Shown here piece by piece: positions 19,348 through 28,448 of a stretch of 64,000 nucleotides of DNA. A model generated the notes under the pieces. It was not told the DNA's origin. It made no database searches and worked only from the letters and a program-made list of their open reading frames with translations. Origin of the DNA: a virus (taxonomy: Duplodnaviria; Caudoviricetes); the IMG/VR virus record IMGVR_UViG_3300028886_000035, positions 217,187 through 281,186 of that record; one strand, written 5' to 3'. The translations under genes and the position numbers were made by a program. Position 1 is the stretch's first letter. Each line of letters starts with the position of its first letter.

Positions 19348-19424
19348 TGGTCCGCCCCCTGGGACTTGAACCCAGAACCTATCGTGTATAAGACGCTTGC
19401 TTCAACCAATTGAGCTTCGGGCGG
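19348..19424 (-). tRNA. tRNA-Ile(TAT)
   Basis: Loop CTTATAC, A73, CCA; some stem mismatches. Confidence 0.8.
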
Positions 19425-19454
19425 ATTTATAATAAATTTTATATTATCAACATA

Positions 19455-19994
19455 TTATACATATTTAAATGTATATCCATAATAAGATTTTCGTACACCT
19501 TTTAAAATTCTATATACACTTTGTTCTGCACTATGATAACAAACCCCTAAATTCTTACATAAAAAATCTCTTATCATAGTAGCTATACAATCATAATGTG
19601 CTACAAGGTTTCCTGTTTTATAATTATATACATCAATCTTTTTTGCAATAGGATTTTTACTGCCAATAAAATTTCTTAATGTACTAACACTATGTTGCAT
19701 ATTTTCTTTCGCAGTAACCCATTCCAAATTACAAGCTCTATTATCAGTTTTTATTCCATTGATATGATTTACTTGTAATCCTTCTTTATATCCTTTACAA
19801 AACATATAAGCAACAAGTCTATGTATAAAAACAATTTTTGTCTTTTTATTTACATAAAAATTGACATATAAATATCCCTTACCACTAGTAAATACCTTTA
19901 ATAGTTTATCATTTAAATCTGTGATAATTCCATTATCGTATATTTTATAATTTGGATATTTTTCATTAATCTTATACATAATTCCATTACCCAT
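19455..19994 (-). CDS. Free-standing HNH endonuclease in the tRNA cluster
   Basis: FIHRLVAY.F, VNHINGIKTDNRACNLEWVT..EN. Confidence 0.9.
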   Translation of the reverse strand: MGNGIMYKINEKYPNYKIYDNGIITDLNDKLLKVFTSGKGYLYVNFYVNKKTKIVFIHRLVAYMFCKGYKEGLQVNHINGIKTDNRACNLEWVTAKENMQHSVSTLRNFIGSKNPIAKKIDVYNYKTGNLVAHYDCIATMIRDFLCKNLGVCYHSAEQSVYRILKGVRKSYYGYTFKYV

Positions 19995-20005
19995 TTTAAT
20001 TGTCT

Positions 20006-20079
20006 TATATCAGTTTTAGTTTCTCTTTTTCAGATACTTATGATAACTACCACGTAAAGGTACTGATATATAAGTTATC
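20006..20079 (-). ncRNA. HDV-like theta ribozyme at the tRNA-His 3' end
   Basis: P1 GATAACT/AGTTATC, P2 TATATCAGT/ACTGATATA, L3 TTTACGT, J4/2 CTAAA. Confidence 0.85.
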
Positions 20080-20080
20080 T

Positions 20081-20157
20081 TGGGGTGGTTGACAGGATTT
20101 GAACCTGCAATAACTAGAGCCACAATCTAGCGCGTTAACCATTTCGCCACAACCAAC
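20081..20157 (-). tRNA. tRNA-His(GTG)
   Basis: Loop TTGTGGC, G-1/C73, CCA. Confidence 0.9.
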
Positions 20158-20161
20158 ATAA

Positions 20162-20248
20162 TGGTGCGAATGGAGGGGGTCGAACCCTCACGGTATTACT
20201 ACCCTGGGATTTTAAGTCCCATACGTCTGCCAATTCCGTCACACTCGC
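20162..20248 (-). tRNA. tRNA-Leu(TAA)
   Basis: Loop CTTAAAA, variable arm, A73, CCA. Confidence 0.9.
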
Positions 20249-20300
20249 ACTATACAAAGCTAAGTATATTTAAAATGAATGATGCTCTTGAAAACAAAGA

Positions 20301-20540
20301 TTATATAACACAAACATCTTTTATCCAAAGATTCATTAGTTCTTTTACAAAACTTTTGTCGTTATTAGAATCCATGGTTTCTGAGTCAGCAAACCAACCA
20401 TCTTTATTTTTATATATTGTATACTCTCCAAATCCAATATCGCTGGACCATTTAAAAATAATTCCAGAATGCCTGTCATTATTAAATGGAATAACCTCTT
20501 CGATTGATAAATGGATTGAGTCTACTGGATAATTTCTCAT
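20301..20540 (-). CDS. Hypothetical protein between the duplicated tRNA-Leu genes
   Basis: MRNYPV start with a G-rich SD. Confidence 0.6.
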   Translation of the reverse strand: MRNYPVDSIHLSIEEVIPFNNDRHSGIIFKWSSDIGFGEYTIYKNKDGWFADSETMDSNNDKSFVKELMNLWIKDVCVI

Positions 20541-20567
20541 TAAATCCCCCCAAGAAAAATAATAATT

Positions 20568-20654
20568 TGGCGCGAATGGAGAGAATTGAACCCTCACGGT
20601 ATTGCCACCCTAGGATTTTAAGTTCCATGCGTCTGCCGATTCCGCCACACTCGC
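20568..20654 (-). tRNA. tRNA-Leu(TAA), diverged duplicate
   Basis: Homologous to 20162-20248; G73; mismatched anticodon stem. Confidence 0.7.
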
Positions 20655-20853
20655 ATTATTTGATTTTCTCTTTTGTAAGATTTATCTCAACCTTACTTCT
20701 TTATTATATCAAATCAATCGCTATCTGTCAAGTGCTTTCTTGATTTATTTTTTTTAAGAAGTAAAATATCTTTATCAACCTTACTCATTTATTGTATCAT
20801 GTATCCAATCATTTGTCAAGCACAAAATTTTTTAAATACATAAAAAATCTAAA

Positions 20854-20931
20854 TGGTGACACAGGTGAGACTCGAACTCACGACCGTAGACTTAGAAGGT
20901 CTATGCACTAATCCAACTGTGCTACTGCGCC
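20854..20931 (-). tRNA. tRNA-Arg(TCT)
   Basis: Loop CTTCTAA, CCA. Confidence 0.9.
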
Positions 20932-20988
20932 ATATTTCTTTCTTACACCTATTATATAAAATAAACATATGTTTAATATAACAGGTAT

Positions 20989-21290
20989 TTGACACTCCCC
21001 ATGCCTAAAGGCAGGGAATTCCTAATTCATTGACCGCAGCATCATGTGATTTAATCACATGATATATAGTTATGATAGTTATACTATATATTTTTATGTC
21101 TTACGCAATCTCCATAGGCTTAGTTTTATACTGATTCCGTAAGCCCTACGGTACAGTTTTTATATTGTTTAAGCTACTGTTTGTTATTTTGTTTATATTA
21201 TAATACAAAAGTTGGTGCTTGTCAATACTTAATTTAGTTCTCGCGCCTTATATCCCCAGCCCTAAAGGGCGGGGTTTTACGGCGCTTTCG
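20989..21290 (-). mobile_element. Non-autonomous IS200/IS605 mini-element retaining a promoter and a TnpB reRNA-like scaffold
   Basis: LE AAACCCCGCCCTTTAGGGCTGGGG after TTTAT; ACCGTAGGGCTTACGG..GCCTATGGAG; RE CCTGCCTTTAGGCATGGGGAGTGTCAA. Confidence 0.75.
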
Positions 21291-21299
21291 ATAAAATTT

Positions 21300-21464
21300 T
21301 TACATATGGTAATACACCAAAATCGCCATAGCACAAGCAATTGCACAAACACAAAGGATTACATCAACTGCTCGTTTTGCAAATTGTACCTCTTTTAAAG
21401 AAACAAAAACCTGTTCATTATAATCTTTATGAACTTTTGGCTTAATATCAGTTTCTTTAATCAT
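21300..21464 (-). CDS. Small membrane protein (54 aa, not in the ORF track)
   Basis: MIKETDIK...VILCVCAIACAMAILVYYHM*, SD AGAAGGT. Confidence 0.55.
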   Translation of the reverse strand: MIKETDIKPKVHKDYNEQVFVSLKEVQFAKRAVDVILCVCAIACAMAILVYYHM

Positions 21465-21581
21465 TCTTTTATACCTTCTTTCTATGGATTCATTTCCTCA
21501 AAACAAAAAGCACGATAATTTAATCACCATATTATCGTACTTTTGTTAAAGGAGAACTGCCAAGAAATCAGAAATTCAAAC

Positions 21582-21639
21582 ACAAGACACATTATGATTT
21601 CCTATCAATAATCAATAAATGATTGCTGAAAGTGTCTTT
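21582..21639 (-). ncRNA. CAGCAA-stem RNA, copy 2 (own promoter ~21703-21677, terminator ~21503-21546)
   Basis: AAGACAC-TTT-CAGCAA...GTGTCTTGT. Confidence 0.75.
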
Positions 21640-21721
21640 ACTTGTATGAAATACTTCCTGCATTTCATACTTATATATTATCACATTTAATCTCATTTGT
21701 CAATATCAGATAACATATTTC

Positions 21722-21870
21722 CTCCTTTCGCTAAAGTTACAAATGCTTGTCGTATTCGACCACACTAGGTTAACTGTTCCTACCTATCAGAGCTGTTTAC
21801 AGAACCTACTTAGAGCCTAGAACTAGGGTATCATTCTAGGGTAAGATAACATAAACAACGTAGTACTAAC
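21722..21870 (-). ncRNA. Orphan IscB omega-RNA (HEARO-like) scaffold
   Basis: CTACGTT..GTTAT...CCTAGTT..GCTCT...TAAACAG.TCTGAT.GGTAGGAACAGT...TAAC.TT.GCGAA signature; no iscB ORF follows. Confidence 0.6.
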
Positions 21871-21960
21871 ATCATATACCATAAACTTTCTTTATCTTCA
21901 TCAAAATTATTATAGTAATTTTTTGCTGAAACTCTATATTTTTTATCAAAAGGAGGTGGA

Positions 21961-22008
21961 AGGTGTGGCTCCTCTCATGACTGAAGTCACGAGTCTCCGC
22001 CGCACCTG
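21961..22008 (-). mobile_element. IS200/IS605-type end hairpin relic
   Basis: GGTGCGGC..CTCGTGACTTCAGTCATGAG..GCCACACC. Confidence 0.55.
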
Positions 22009-22009
22009 T

Positions 22010-22468
22010 CTATGAATGCCTTATATCCATTTCCTCGTATGCTTTCCAGTTGAATACGATAAGTTTATTCAGGAACTCTTCAATCTTATCAATTAGCCTT
22101 TCTATGTTGCTATTAAGGCAAAAAGAAAGTGGCGAGATTTTTGCGCGGAATTCTGGTGTCGCATGTTCATCATTATCATAAAAACAATCGAGCCTACATT
22201 TTTTCGCCATGGCGAGTACATTATTTCTTTCTTCTGGAATTAAACAGATAGAATTATGGATACAGAAATCATCGTCTTGTAAGATAAGCGTATCCATATC
22301 ATCTTCAAGGAGAAGAACTATCGACATACCATCGCCGTCAAGCCAATATCTATATGGAAATACGATGATAAAACCATCATTAATTGATTCAATCTGATAG
22401 TTCGTATACATTTTAAGACATTGTTTGATAGGCTCAAGTTTTTTAGCTTTCGCTTCTGCCAGATACAT
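22010..22468 (-). CDS. Hypothetical protein
   Basis: SD GAGGTG. Confidence 0.6.
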   Translation of the reverse strand: MYLAEAKAKKLEPIKQCLKMYTNYQIESINDGFIIVFPYRYWLDGDGMSIVLLLEDDMDTLILQDDDFCIHNSICLIPEERNNVLAMAKKCRLDCFYDNDEHATPEFRAKISPLSFCLNSNIERLIDKIEEFLNKLIVFNWKAYEEMDIRHS

Positions 22469-22515
22469 ATTCTCACCTCTTTTACTAGCAGTCCTTTTTA
22501 GTCTCCCAGTATGAG

Positions 22516-22782
22516 TTAATCTTTTTTCTCTACTTTTTGATATGCTTCAGCGATTGATACGATTCCTCTTTTTCGAAGAATTTTCTCTTCTTCATCTGCA
22601 AGATACTGAGAATACCAACCGAACTTATCATATGAATCAATTTTTTTGCAAAAAGTCTTTCCGCATCTTCTACATTTCGAGACTTTATATATGCTGATTG
22701 TAGCATACATATATCCAACATCAATACTATATGCAATGATTAATTTATCTAGTAATTCATGGTCAAAGAAAAAGCAGTACAT
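22516..22782 (-). CDS. Hypothetical protein with CxxC
   Basis: H...CRRCG. Confidence 0.5.
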   Translation of the reverse strand: MYCFFFDHELLDKLIIAYSIDVGYMYATISIYKVSKCRRCGKTFCKKIDSYDKFGWYSQYLADEEEKILRKRGIVSIAEAYQKVEKKD

Positions 22783-22964
22783 TTTATTGATAGTATCTTT
22801 AATTTTTGTGAGTATCAGAAGTGCTCCCCTTTTCTACGTTTTCTAAATCTTCTTTTACGTCCCGGCAATAGAAGATTCACACGAGTAATGATGTGCTCCA
22901 TAAGTTCTTTGTATTTTTCTCATCTGTGAAATAGAAATACGAAAAACAAACTGCATAGCAATAA

Positions 22965-23936
22965 TTAGCCATTGCTTTCATCTTCTTTCAAAAATAAATC
23001 CTCCGTGTATCTCAACTCTGGTCTTTTTTCTTTATATTCTTTTTCTAGCTGAATATGATATTCTTCATTATTATATTCAAGGCGTATCGGGTCAAACAAG
23101 AAGTATGGATACGTTGATGCAACTTCCTTACCATCCTTATACAAGCAAACTTCGATGAAACCATCACCTTCCAACGTCATAGATGGTTTTACCCTAACGG
23201 TGAGATAATTGTCAAATTCTCCCCACACAGCCTTATATCCTCCATCCATAAACCCTGTTGGATTTCTCCAATCTTTAAGGGTTTCTTCGTCTACTGTTAT
23301 CGTCAAATCGTGAATGATTTTGCTTGGCTTATTCTCCTGTTCGTGTTTCTCTGGCATTTTGTCATTATTGGATACTTTTTCTTGTCGGCGAATATGTGCT
23401 TCTCCTGACAGCCTAGGCTTATCGCTTCTAATCAGAGTTAATTCATACTCATCACAAGTATTGGGGTCAGTAACCCTCCATGTCTCTTGAAAATGCTCAT
23501 AGTATTCTGTCTTGATGAATTCGTCATTTTTACCGAATAAACTAAATGTGAAATCATCTTCTAACTCAAATGTCGGTGTAAAACCGATAACGACCTCATA
23601 CCCGTTATCAAATGTCGCGCAAATACTTTTTACGCTTCCAGGATGTAAATATGCTGTCGGAGAATGATGAAGCAACGTTCTGCAATCCTCTTCTGTTACA
23701 TAGATGGTTTTTTTATATTTTTTAGCTATTCTCTTTTTTCTCTGTACTTCTAGCTTCTCTGAGACATAAATCAAGTGATTAATATTTATTTCAGTTTTCT
23801 CAAAGTCGCATTCATTGTGAGAGTAATATGGGCAAACCCTACACCCATTAATTGAATAATCAGTTGAATGACATTCTTTGACAACTACACTATCTAATTC
23901 ATCGTAGATTTTCTTTAACTTTTCAACTGTATTCAT
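22965..23936 (-). CDS. Hypothetical protein (Cys-rich N-terminus)
   Basis: SD GAAAGGAG before MNTVE. Confidence 0.65.
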   Translation of the reverse strand: MNTVEKLKKIYDELDSVVVKECHSTDYSINGCRVCPYYSHNECDFEKTEININHLIYVSEKLEVQRKKRIAKKYKKTIYVTEEDCRTLLHHSPTAYLHPGSVKSICATFDNGYEVVIGFTPTFELEDDFTFSLFGKNDEFIKTEYYEHFQETWRVTDPNTCDEYELTLIRSDKPRLSGEAHIRRQEKVSNNDKMPEKHEQENKPSKIIHDLTITVDEETLKDWRNPTGFMDGGYKAVWGEFDNYLTVRVKPSMTLEGDGFIEVCLYKDGKEVASTYPYFLFDPIRLEYNNEEYHIQLEKEYKEKRPELRYTEDLFLKEDESNG

Positions 23937-24084
23937 TCTTCTTCTCCTTTCAAGAATAAGCATACTGTTCTCAAAACGAGTGCCAACTGTAACATCTACA
24001 TCGATGGTGATGTCTTTGCTGCCACAATATGGGCAGCAGTTTTTTTTGTCGTTTTCATAATAAATCCTCTATATAGCACGCCTT

Positions 24085-24303
24085 TCAAGCGTCTTTTTGC
24101 TTTGTAAATTCTTTCTTCTTCCATGCGTTGCTTCCCCAATGTGCTCCGTGTTTATGCACGATAGAGAATATATGCTCCAAGGGATACTTGTAAAGCCAAT
24201 CTCCTTCTCTAATAACGAGTAGACCACCTTTTGTATAGATATTGTCTACGTTTTTGAATACTTTTTCAGCAGTTGCATCCATAAAAATTACACGTACTTC
24301 CAT
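24085..24303 (-). CDS. Hypothetical protein
   Basis: ORF with SD. Confidence 0.6.
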   Translation of the reverse strand: MEVRVIFMDATAEKVFKNVDNIYTKGGLLVIREGDWLYKYPLEHIFSIVHKHGAHWGSNAWKKKEFTKQKDA

Positions 24304-24437
24304 TATTACACCCCGTTCTTATTTCTAATAATACTAATTGCAATATTTATATAATTCATAATTTTATATCTCAAATGTCTAGTCAAGTCAACTCTATTAT
24401 AAATAAGTGTTTTTTGTCTTTTATAGTCTCCACCTTA

Positions 24438-24917
24438 TTAAAACCACATATCAATATCACTATATGTAATTCCTTTTTTATTTGATAATCTGTTCTTAAT
24501 AATTTCATCAAGTACAAGTGTCTCATAATTATTATGTGTTGCGATACTAACCTCTGCTCCAAGATACCGCAATGCATTATTACCTACTTCTGTAATAATA
24601 CAAGCAGAATTAGGTGCAATAATTTTAGATAACTTTTCTAAAAATAGCTTATAGTTTGGAGTTGGATAAAATAACTTGCTATCATAATGCTCAATGTCCT
24701 CTACATACCCTAATATTTGTGTATAACCACCAAAAGCATGTTTCATATTTTTACCAGTGTATACTTCGTCACTTTCAGCCTTATCTGCAATTTTATGCCA
24801 AAACTCTATTCTCTCGTCATTATCTCCAACAACAATATGTTGCTTAAATTTTTCATATTCAAACTCATCGACTACATAAAAATAAGAAGAACGAGTTACA
24901 CAGTTATATTTAGCCAT
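24438..24917 (-). CDS. Conserved phage hypothetical protein
   Basis: MAKY...RS.YF.V.D...E.G...LRYL; SD AAGGAG. Confidence 0.6.
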   Translation of the reverse strand: MAKYNCVTRSSYFYVVDEFEYEKFKQHIVVGDNDERIEFWHKIADKAESDEVYTGKNMKHAFGGYTQILGYVEDIEHYDSKLFYPTPNYKLFLEKLSKIIAPNSACIITEVGNNALRYLGAEVSIATHNNYETLVLDEIIKNRLSNKKGITYSDIDMWF

Positions 24918-24943
24918 AAAATTAACTCCTTTTGTACTTTTAT

Positions 24944-25204
24944 TTAACCAACAATCGTCGCTTCCCCTGTAAGTAGCCCAATAAGAACACTGTCCCACAA
25001 ATCATAATACATAGCATGGACTCTAATTCCGCTTTTTTCAAAGTATGCCTTATAGCGTCTACCTCCACATTCAACAGTAAACTCTTCATTTAGTTTTTTA
25101 TTGAATATCTCCGCGACTTGTTCCATCTTATTCGTTTGACCACATTTAATATATGTATTCTCCTCCAACGGACAATGCCATGCCCAAGTTTCTGCTCTAT
25201 ACAT
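24944..25204 (-). CDS. Hypothetical protein
   Basis: SD AAGGAG. Confidence 0.55.
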   Translation of the reverse strand: MYRAETWAWHCPLEENTYIKCGQTNKMEQVAEIFNKKLNEEFTVECGGRRYKAYFEKSGIRVHAMYYDLWDSVLIGLLTGEATIVG

Positions 25205-25225
25205 TTTTCTATCTCCTTTTGTTTA

Positions 25226-25564
25226 TCATACAATAGGCTCATAATCTAATGGGAAGTTCTCACCCTTACCCAAATAAGTATAAGTTCTTTCACCAGTATA
25301 ATATTTATTTAAGGAATCTCTTACTTTTTTACTATGCTCTAACATTTGTTTATTTTTCTCAATCTTACGCTTACGTGATTCTGTCATGGATTTAGGTTCA
25401 TGTTTAGGAATTTTGTGTTTTTCTAACTCACTATTAATAAGCTCTTTCATTCTATTATCTGTAGAATTTTGACAACCGATATAAACACCATTTATAAACA
25501 TCTTAACTCCATAAGAACTATTGACCAGCTTACAGTCAAACTCAGCCTTATATTGAACTTCCAT
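25226..25564 (-). CDS. Hypothetical protein
   Basis: SD AAGGAG. Confidence 0.6.
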   Translation of the reverse strand: MEVQYKAEFDCKLVNSSYGVKMFINGVYIGCQNSTDNRMKELINSELEKHKIPKHEPKSMTESRKRKIEKNKQMLEHSKKVRDSLNKYYTGERTYTYLGKGENFPLDYEPIV

Positions 25565-25733
25565 TTTTATCTATCTCCTTTTCTTTTTATACTTGAGTTA
25601 CATCAAAAATATTAAAATGTAATAGAATATCTATCTTTACTACTTTGCAATTATATTGCCATTAGCATTTTATTTCACCTATTTTGATTTAATTGTATCA
25701 CTATTTGTGAAAATAGTCAAGAGTTAATATTGG

Positions 25734-25800
25734 TCATCCCCAACTTTCGCTACTCGGATAGCCTAACGGCTACCTCGTAGCTTAGAAGTGGGGGTATTCT
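25734..25800 (-). mobile_element. IS200/IS605-type end hairpin relic
   Basis: AGAATACCCCCACTTCT..GCTAC..TAGCC GTTA GGCTA..GTAGC..AAGTTGGGGATG. Confidence 0.55.
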
Positions 25801-25849
25801 CTTCCAATAAAAAAAGACTTCATAAATATGAAGTCTTACCAATTTCAAA

Positions 25850-25925
25850 TGGTGAACCTGGTGGGATTTGAACCCACGACACCCTGATTAAAAGTCAGGT
25901 GCTCTACCAACTGAGCTACAGATTC
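25850..25925 (-). tRNA. tRNA-Lys(TTT)
   Basis: Loop CTTTTAA, CCA. Confidence 0.95.
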
Positions 25926-25929
25926 ATTT

Positions 25930-26013
25930 ACTAGACACATAGATTAATATGTTACCATATTAAAATTTAAAAATCATCATTTTTTAAATTCAAAGATTGC
26001 TGGCTGTGTCTAA
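25930..26013 (-). ncRNA. CAGCAA-stem RNA, copy 3
   Basis: TAGACAC-AGC-CAGCAA...GTGTCTAGT. Confidence 0.75.
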
Positions 26014-26040
26014 ATATATATAATTATGAAATTATATTCT

Positions 26041-26127
26041 TGGTAGCGGATTTCGGACTTGAACCGAAAAGATATTTCTATCGGCAGATTTTGAGTCTGC
26101 TACGTTTGCCAATTTCGCCAATCCGCC
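26041..26127 (-). tRNA. tRNA-Leu(CAA)
   Basis: Loop CTCAAAA, variable arm, CCA. Confidence 0.9.
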
Positions 26128-26132
26128 ATTTA

Positions 26133-26312
26133 ACAAGACGCATAAATCACTTGTGATGTGCAATAAGTGTTATAGGTTATATATTGTATTGAAAGGAGAG
26201 ATACAATATAATTATTACGTTAAAGTCAAATCTTTGAAATGAGTAAGCAGACTTTTCGTAAAAACATTTAATATGTTTTAGTATTATGTAAATGATTGCT
26301 GATTGCGCCTTT
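26133..26312 (-). ncRNA. CAGCAA-stem RNA, copy 4
   Basis: AAGGCGC-AAT-CAGCAA...GCGTCTTGT; several internal hairpins. Confidence 0.75.
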
Positions 26313-26341
26313 ACATTTATATAATATCTTTCAACAAAGAC

Positions 26342-26370
26342 ATTATAACAAATATATATTCAATTGTCAA
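26342..26370 (-). promoter_or_regulatory. sigmaA promoter for the copy 4 / Leu / copy 3 / Lys operon
   Basis: Perfect TTGACA-N17-TATAAT. Confidence 0.75.
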
Positions 26371-26460
26371 GAAAAAAATTTGAATGTGATACAAGATTTT
26401 TTTGATTTATCCTTATCACAGTATTTATCTTATCATACATACGAACATTTGTCAAGCAAT

Positions 26461-28245
26461 TTATTTGTTTTTAATAAATCTTTTTGACATCTTTGTATGT
26501 TTTGATGAACGGCAAAAATAACCATTCGGAATTGTATACTCATTAGAATTTAACCATTCATTTTTCATTTGATTATATTCTTCATGAGATATAAATGTAT
26601 TGTAATAAATAGCATTTAAAATCATACCATTTTCTGCATAATCCACTTTACTTGATTTTAAATACACATTTTCATATGAATTATAAATATATTTAATACA
26701 TGTATCCATGTGAAAATGTTTCATAATCTTATCTTTCATATAAGATACTTTTGCTCTTTCAACAATATGTTCAAAAAGCATTGGATGTTTTTCATTTAAA
26801 ATCTTCTTTTGTTTCTCTGCAAAATCCCTGCACATATTTTTTACCTTTAAAATACGCATAGCTAATACACGATTCAAATCATTTTTTGATGTATGTGCAA
26901 TAAATGAAAGTTTATTATCATCAAAATTCCACAAAACTTGTTGCTCGTATTGGATTTTGTCTTTTGTATATGTATTCAACAAAGAAAGATTTTGATTATG
27001 CGTCGGAATATTAATTGTTTTACTAATATTTAATTTCTGTGCATATTTTCTCGCAGCCTGACCTACACTAATAAATTTATCATTTTTTAAATCTTCTTTT
27101 CTAGGAAGAATACCAGACTCGTCAATACTCACATTATCTGTAATATCATTTTCTTGTACAGGTTGACCTTCAAATTCTTTTACAATATCATCATATTCAT
27201 TTTCATTTAAACCATTTTCACGAATGCCAATCTGATTTAAAAGTTTATGTTCATGTCTGCCTGTAGTATTCGTTGTCTTAGAACGAATTCTTTGACCATT
27301 AAAAATTTTTCCTAAAACACTTACAATATTTTTCTTGAACAAAAAATCAAATAATACTCCTGCCGACTTTGCCTGTTCATCAGTAGACATACCTGTTTTT
27401 TGAAAATCAATTAAAAAGCCTTTAATTGTATAAGAAGAAATTAAAGCAATCTGCTTTGCAAAATCAAAATCTAGTTTATCTGCATGAGTTTCTTCTGTAA
27501 AACTATAAAATTCGTTTTTCTTTAAACCTGAAGCATACATAAAAAGGTCATCCATTTCCTGACCTGTAATATGTGTATTAATATCTGTAATTACATTAAT
27601 GTGCATATGTGGTTTAAAACCACGATTCGGCTTATAAGATAATTCTAATGACGAAATAAATCCTAAATCATCATTAATGATTTTCGCCAATGTCATACAA
27701 GGTTTTCTTTTTCCTTTTCCAATAATTGCACCATTCTTTTTAGTATAATTTAAATTAGAATATGCTCTAGTAATTTTTTTCATATATTTATCTAAACGTT
27801 TTAAAGAATCAACTGCTTCTTCCATAGTATCAACATAATCTAAAGAAAATGTTGACATATAAACGTTAAACTGTGAAGAAGGATTGTTAAACAAATATTC
27901 ATCAACGGCTTTTAACGTATTGCGATACAAAATATTTGTTTTTTTATCCATGCAACCCCAACAAAAATTTCTTCTGCAACGGAATCCATAAGTATGATAA
28001 TATGTACCCATTTTTTTATCTACAACAGTAGTCATGTCTTTTTGACAATTATTTAATGCAGTCAAATAAGAATCAGTTAATTTAGTTGAATAGCCCTTAT
28101 TTTTAGCAATATCCAACAAATAAGCATTATATAAAGAATGTTTTTTCATTTCGGCATGACGCGCAATCACCATATAATCATCTGTATAATCTGTATCGCA
28201 AATTGCACTCTGCTGATATTGTCTTACACCATTACCCATACCCAT
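26461..28245 (-). CDS. HUH endonuclease, rolling-circle Rep-like
   Basis: CxxxxCxxC, STFS, G..SSLELS, PHMHI (HUH motif), SYTIK (YxxK). Confidence 0.7.
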   Translation of the reverse strand: MGMGNGVRQYQQSAICDTDYTDDYMVIARHAEMKKHSLYNAYLLDIAKNKGYSTKLTDSYLTALNNCQKDMTTVVDKKMGTYYHTYGFRCRRNFCWGCMDKKTNILYRNTLKAVDEYLFNNPSSQFNVYMSTFSLDYVDTMEEAVDSLKRLDKYMKKITRAYSNLNYTKKNGAIIGKGKRKPCMTLAKIINDDLGFISSLELSYKPNRGFKPHMHINVITDINTHITGQEMDDLFMYASGLKKNEFYSFTEETHADKLDFDFAKQIALISSYTIKGFLIDFQKTGMSTDEQAKSAGVLFDFLFKKNIVSVLGKIFNGQRIRSKTTNTTGRHEHKLLNQIGIRENGLNENEYDDIVKEFEGQPVQENDITDNVSIDESGILPRKEDLKNDKFISVGQAARKYAQKLNISKTINIPTHNQNLSLLNTYTKDKIQYEQQVLWNFDDNKLSFIAHTSKNDLNRVLAMRILKVKNMCRDFAEKQKKILNEKHPMLFEHIVERAKVSYMKDKIMKHFHMDTCIKYIYNSYENVYLKSSKVDYAENGMILNAIYYNTFISHEEYNQMKNEWLNSNEYTIPNGYFCRSSKHTKMSKRFIKNK

Positions 28246-28448
28246 GAAAACATCCTTTCTATTTTACCAAACATATTACTATCATTGACTTATAATCATT
28301 ATCGTGTTATAATGTTTCTAGATAAATATTCTACTGTTTGTAGGTCATTTACTTTTGAAATACATCAAATTTTCATGATTATTATACCCCATAAAATCTA
28401 ATTGTCAAGAGGGTTTTTCATTTCAAATTATTTTTATTATATATTTTT

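Noticed and set aside
18724-20079. Hammerhead interpretation of the GAAAC-containing repeats
   Set aside because: No CUGANGA core; the HDV topology explains all pairings.
18594-20743. Plus-strand ORFs 18594, 18797, 20161 and 20504
   Set aside because: They are antisense to tRNA genes.
21808-21937. Possible seventh CAGCAA element (TAGAGTTTCAGCAA ... GGCTCTAAGT)
   Set aside because: Stem register and the 3' TCTWGT end do not fit, and the 3' half lies inside the omega-RNA scaffold.
26401-26440. pC194-type nick site next to the Rep-like gene
   Set aside because: Only a partial match to CTTATCTTGATA in very AT-rich DNA.
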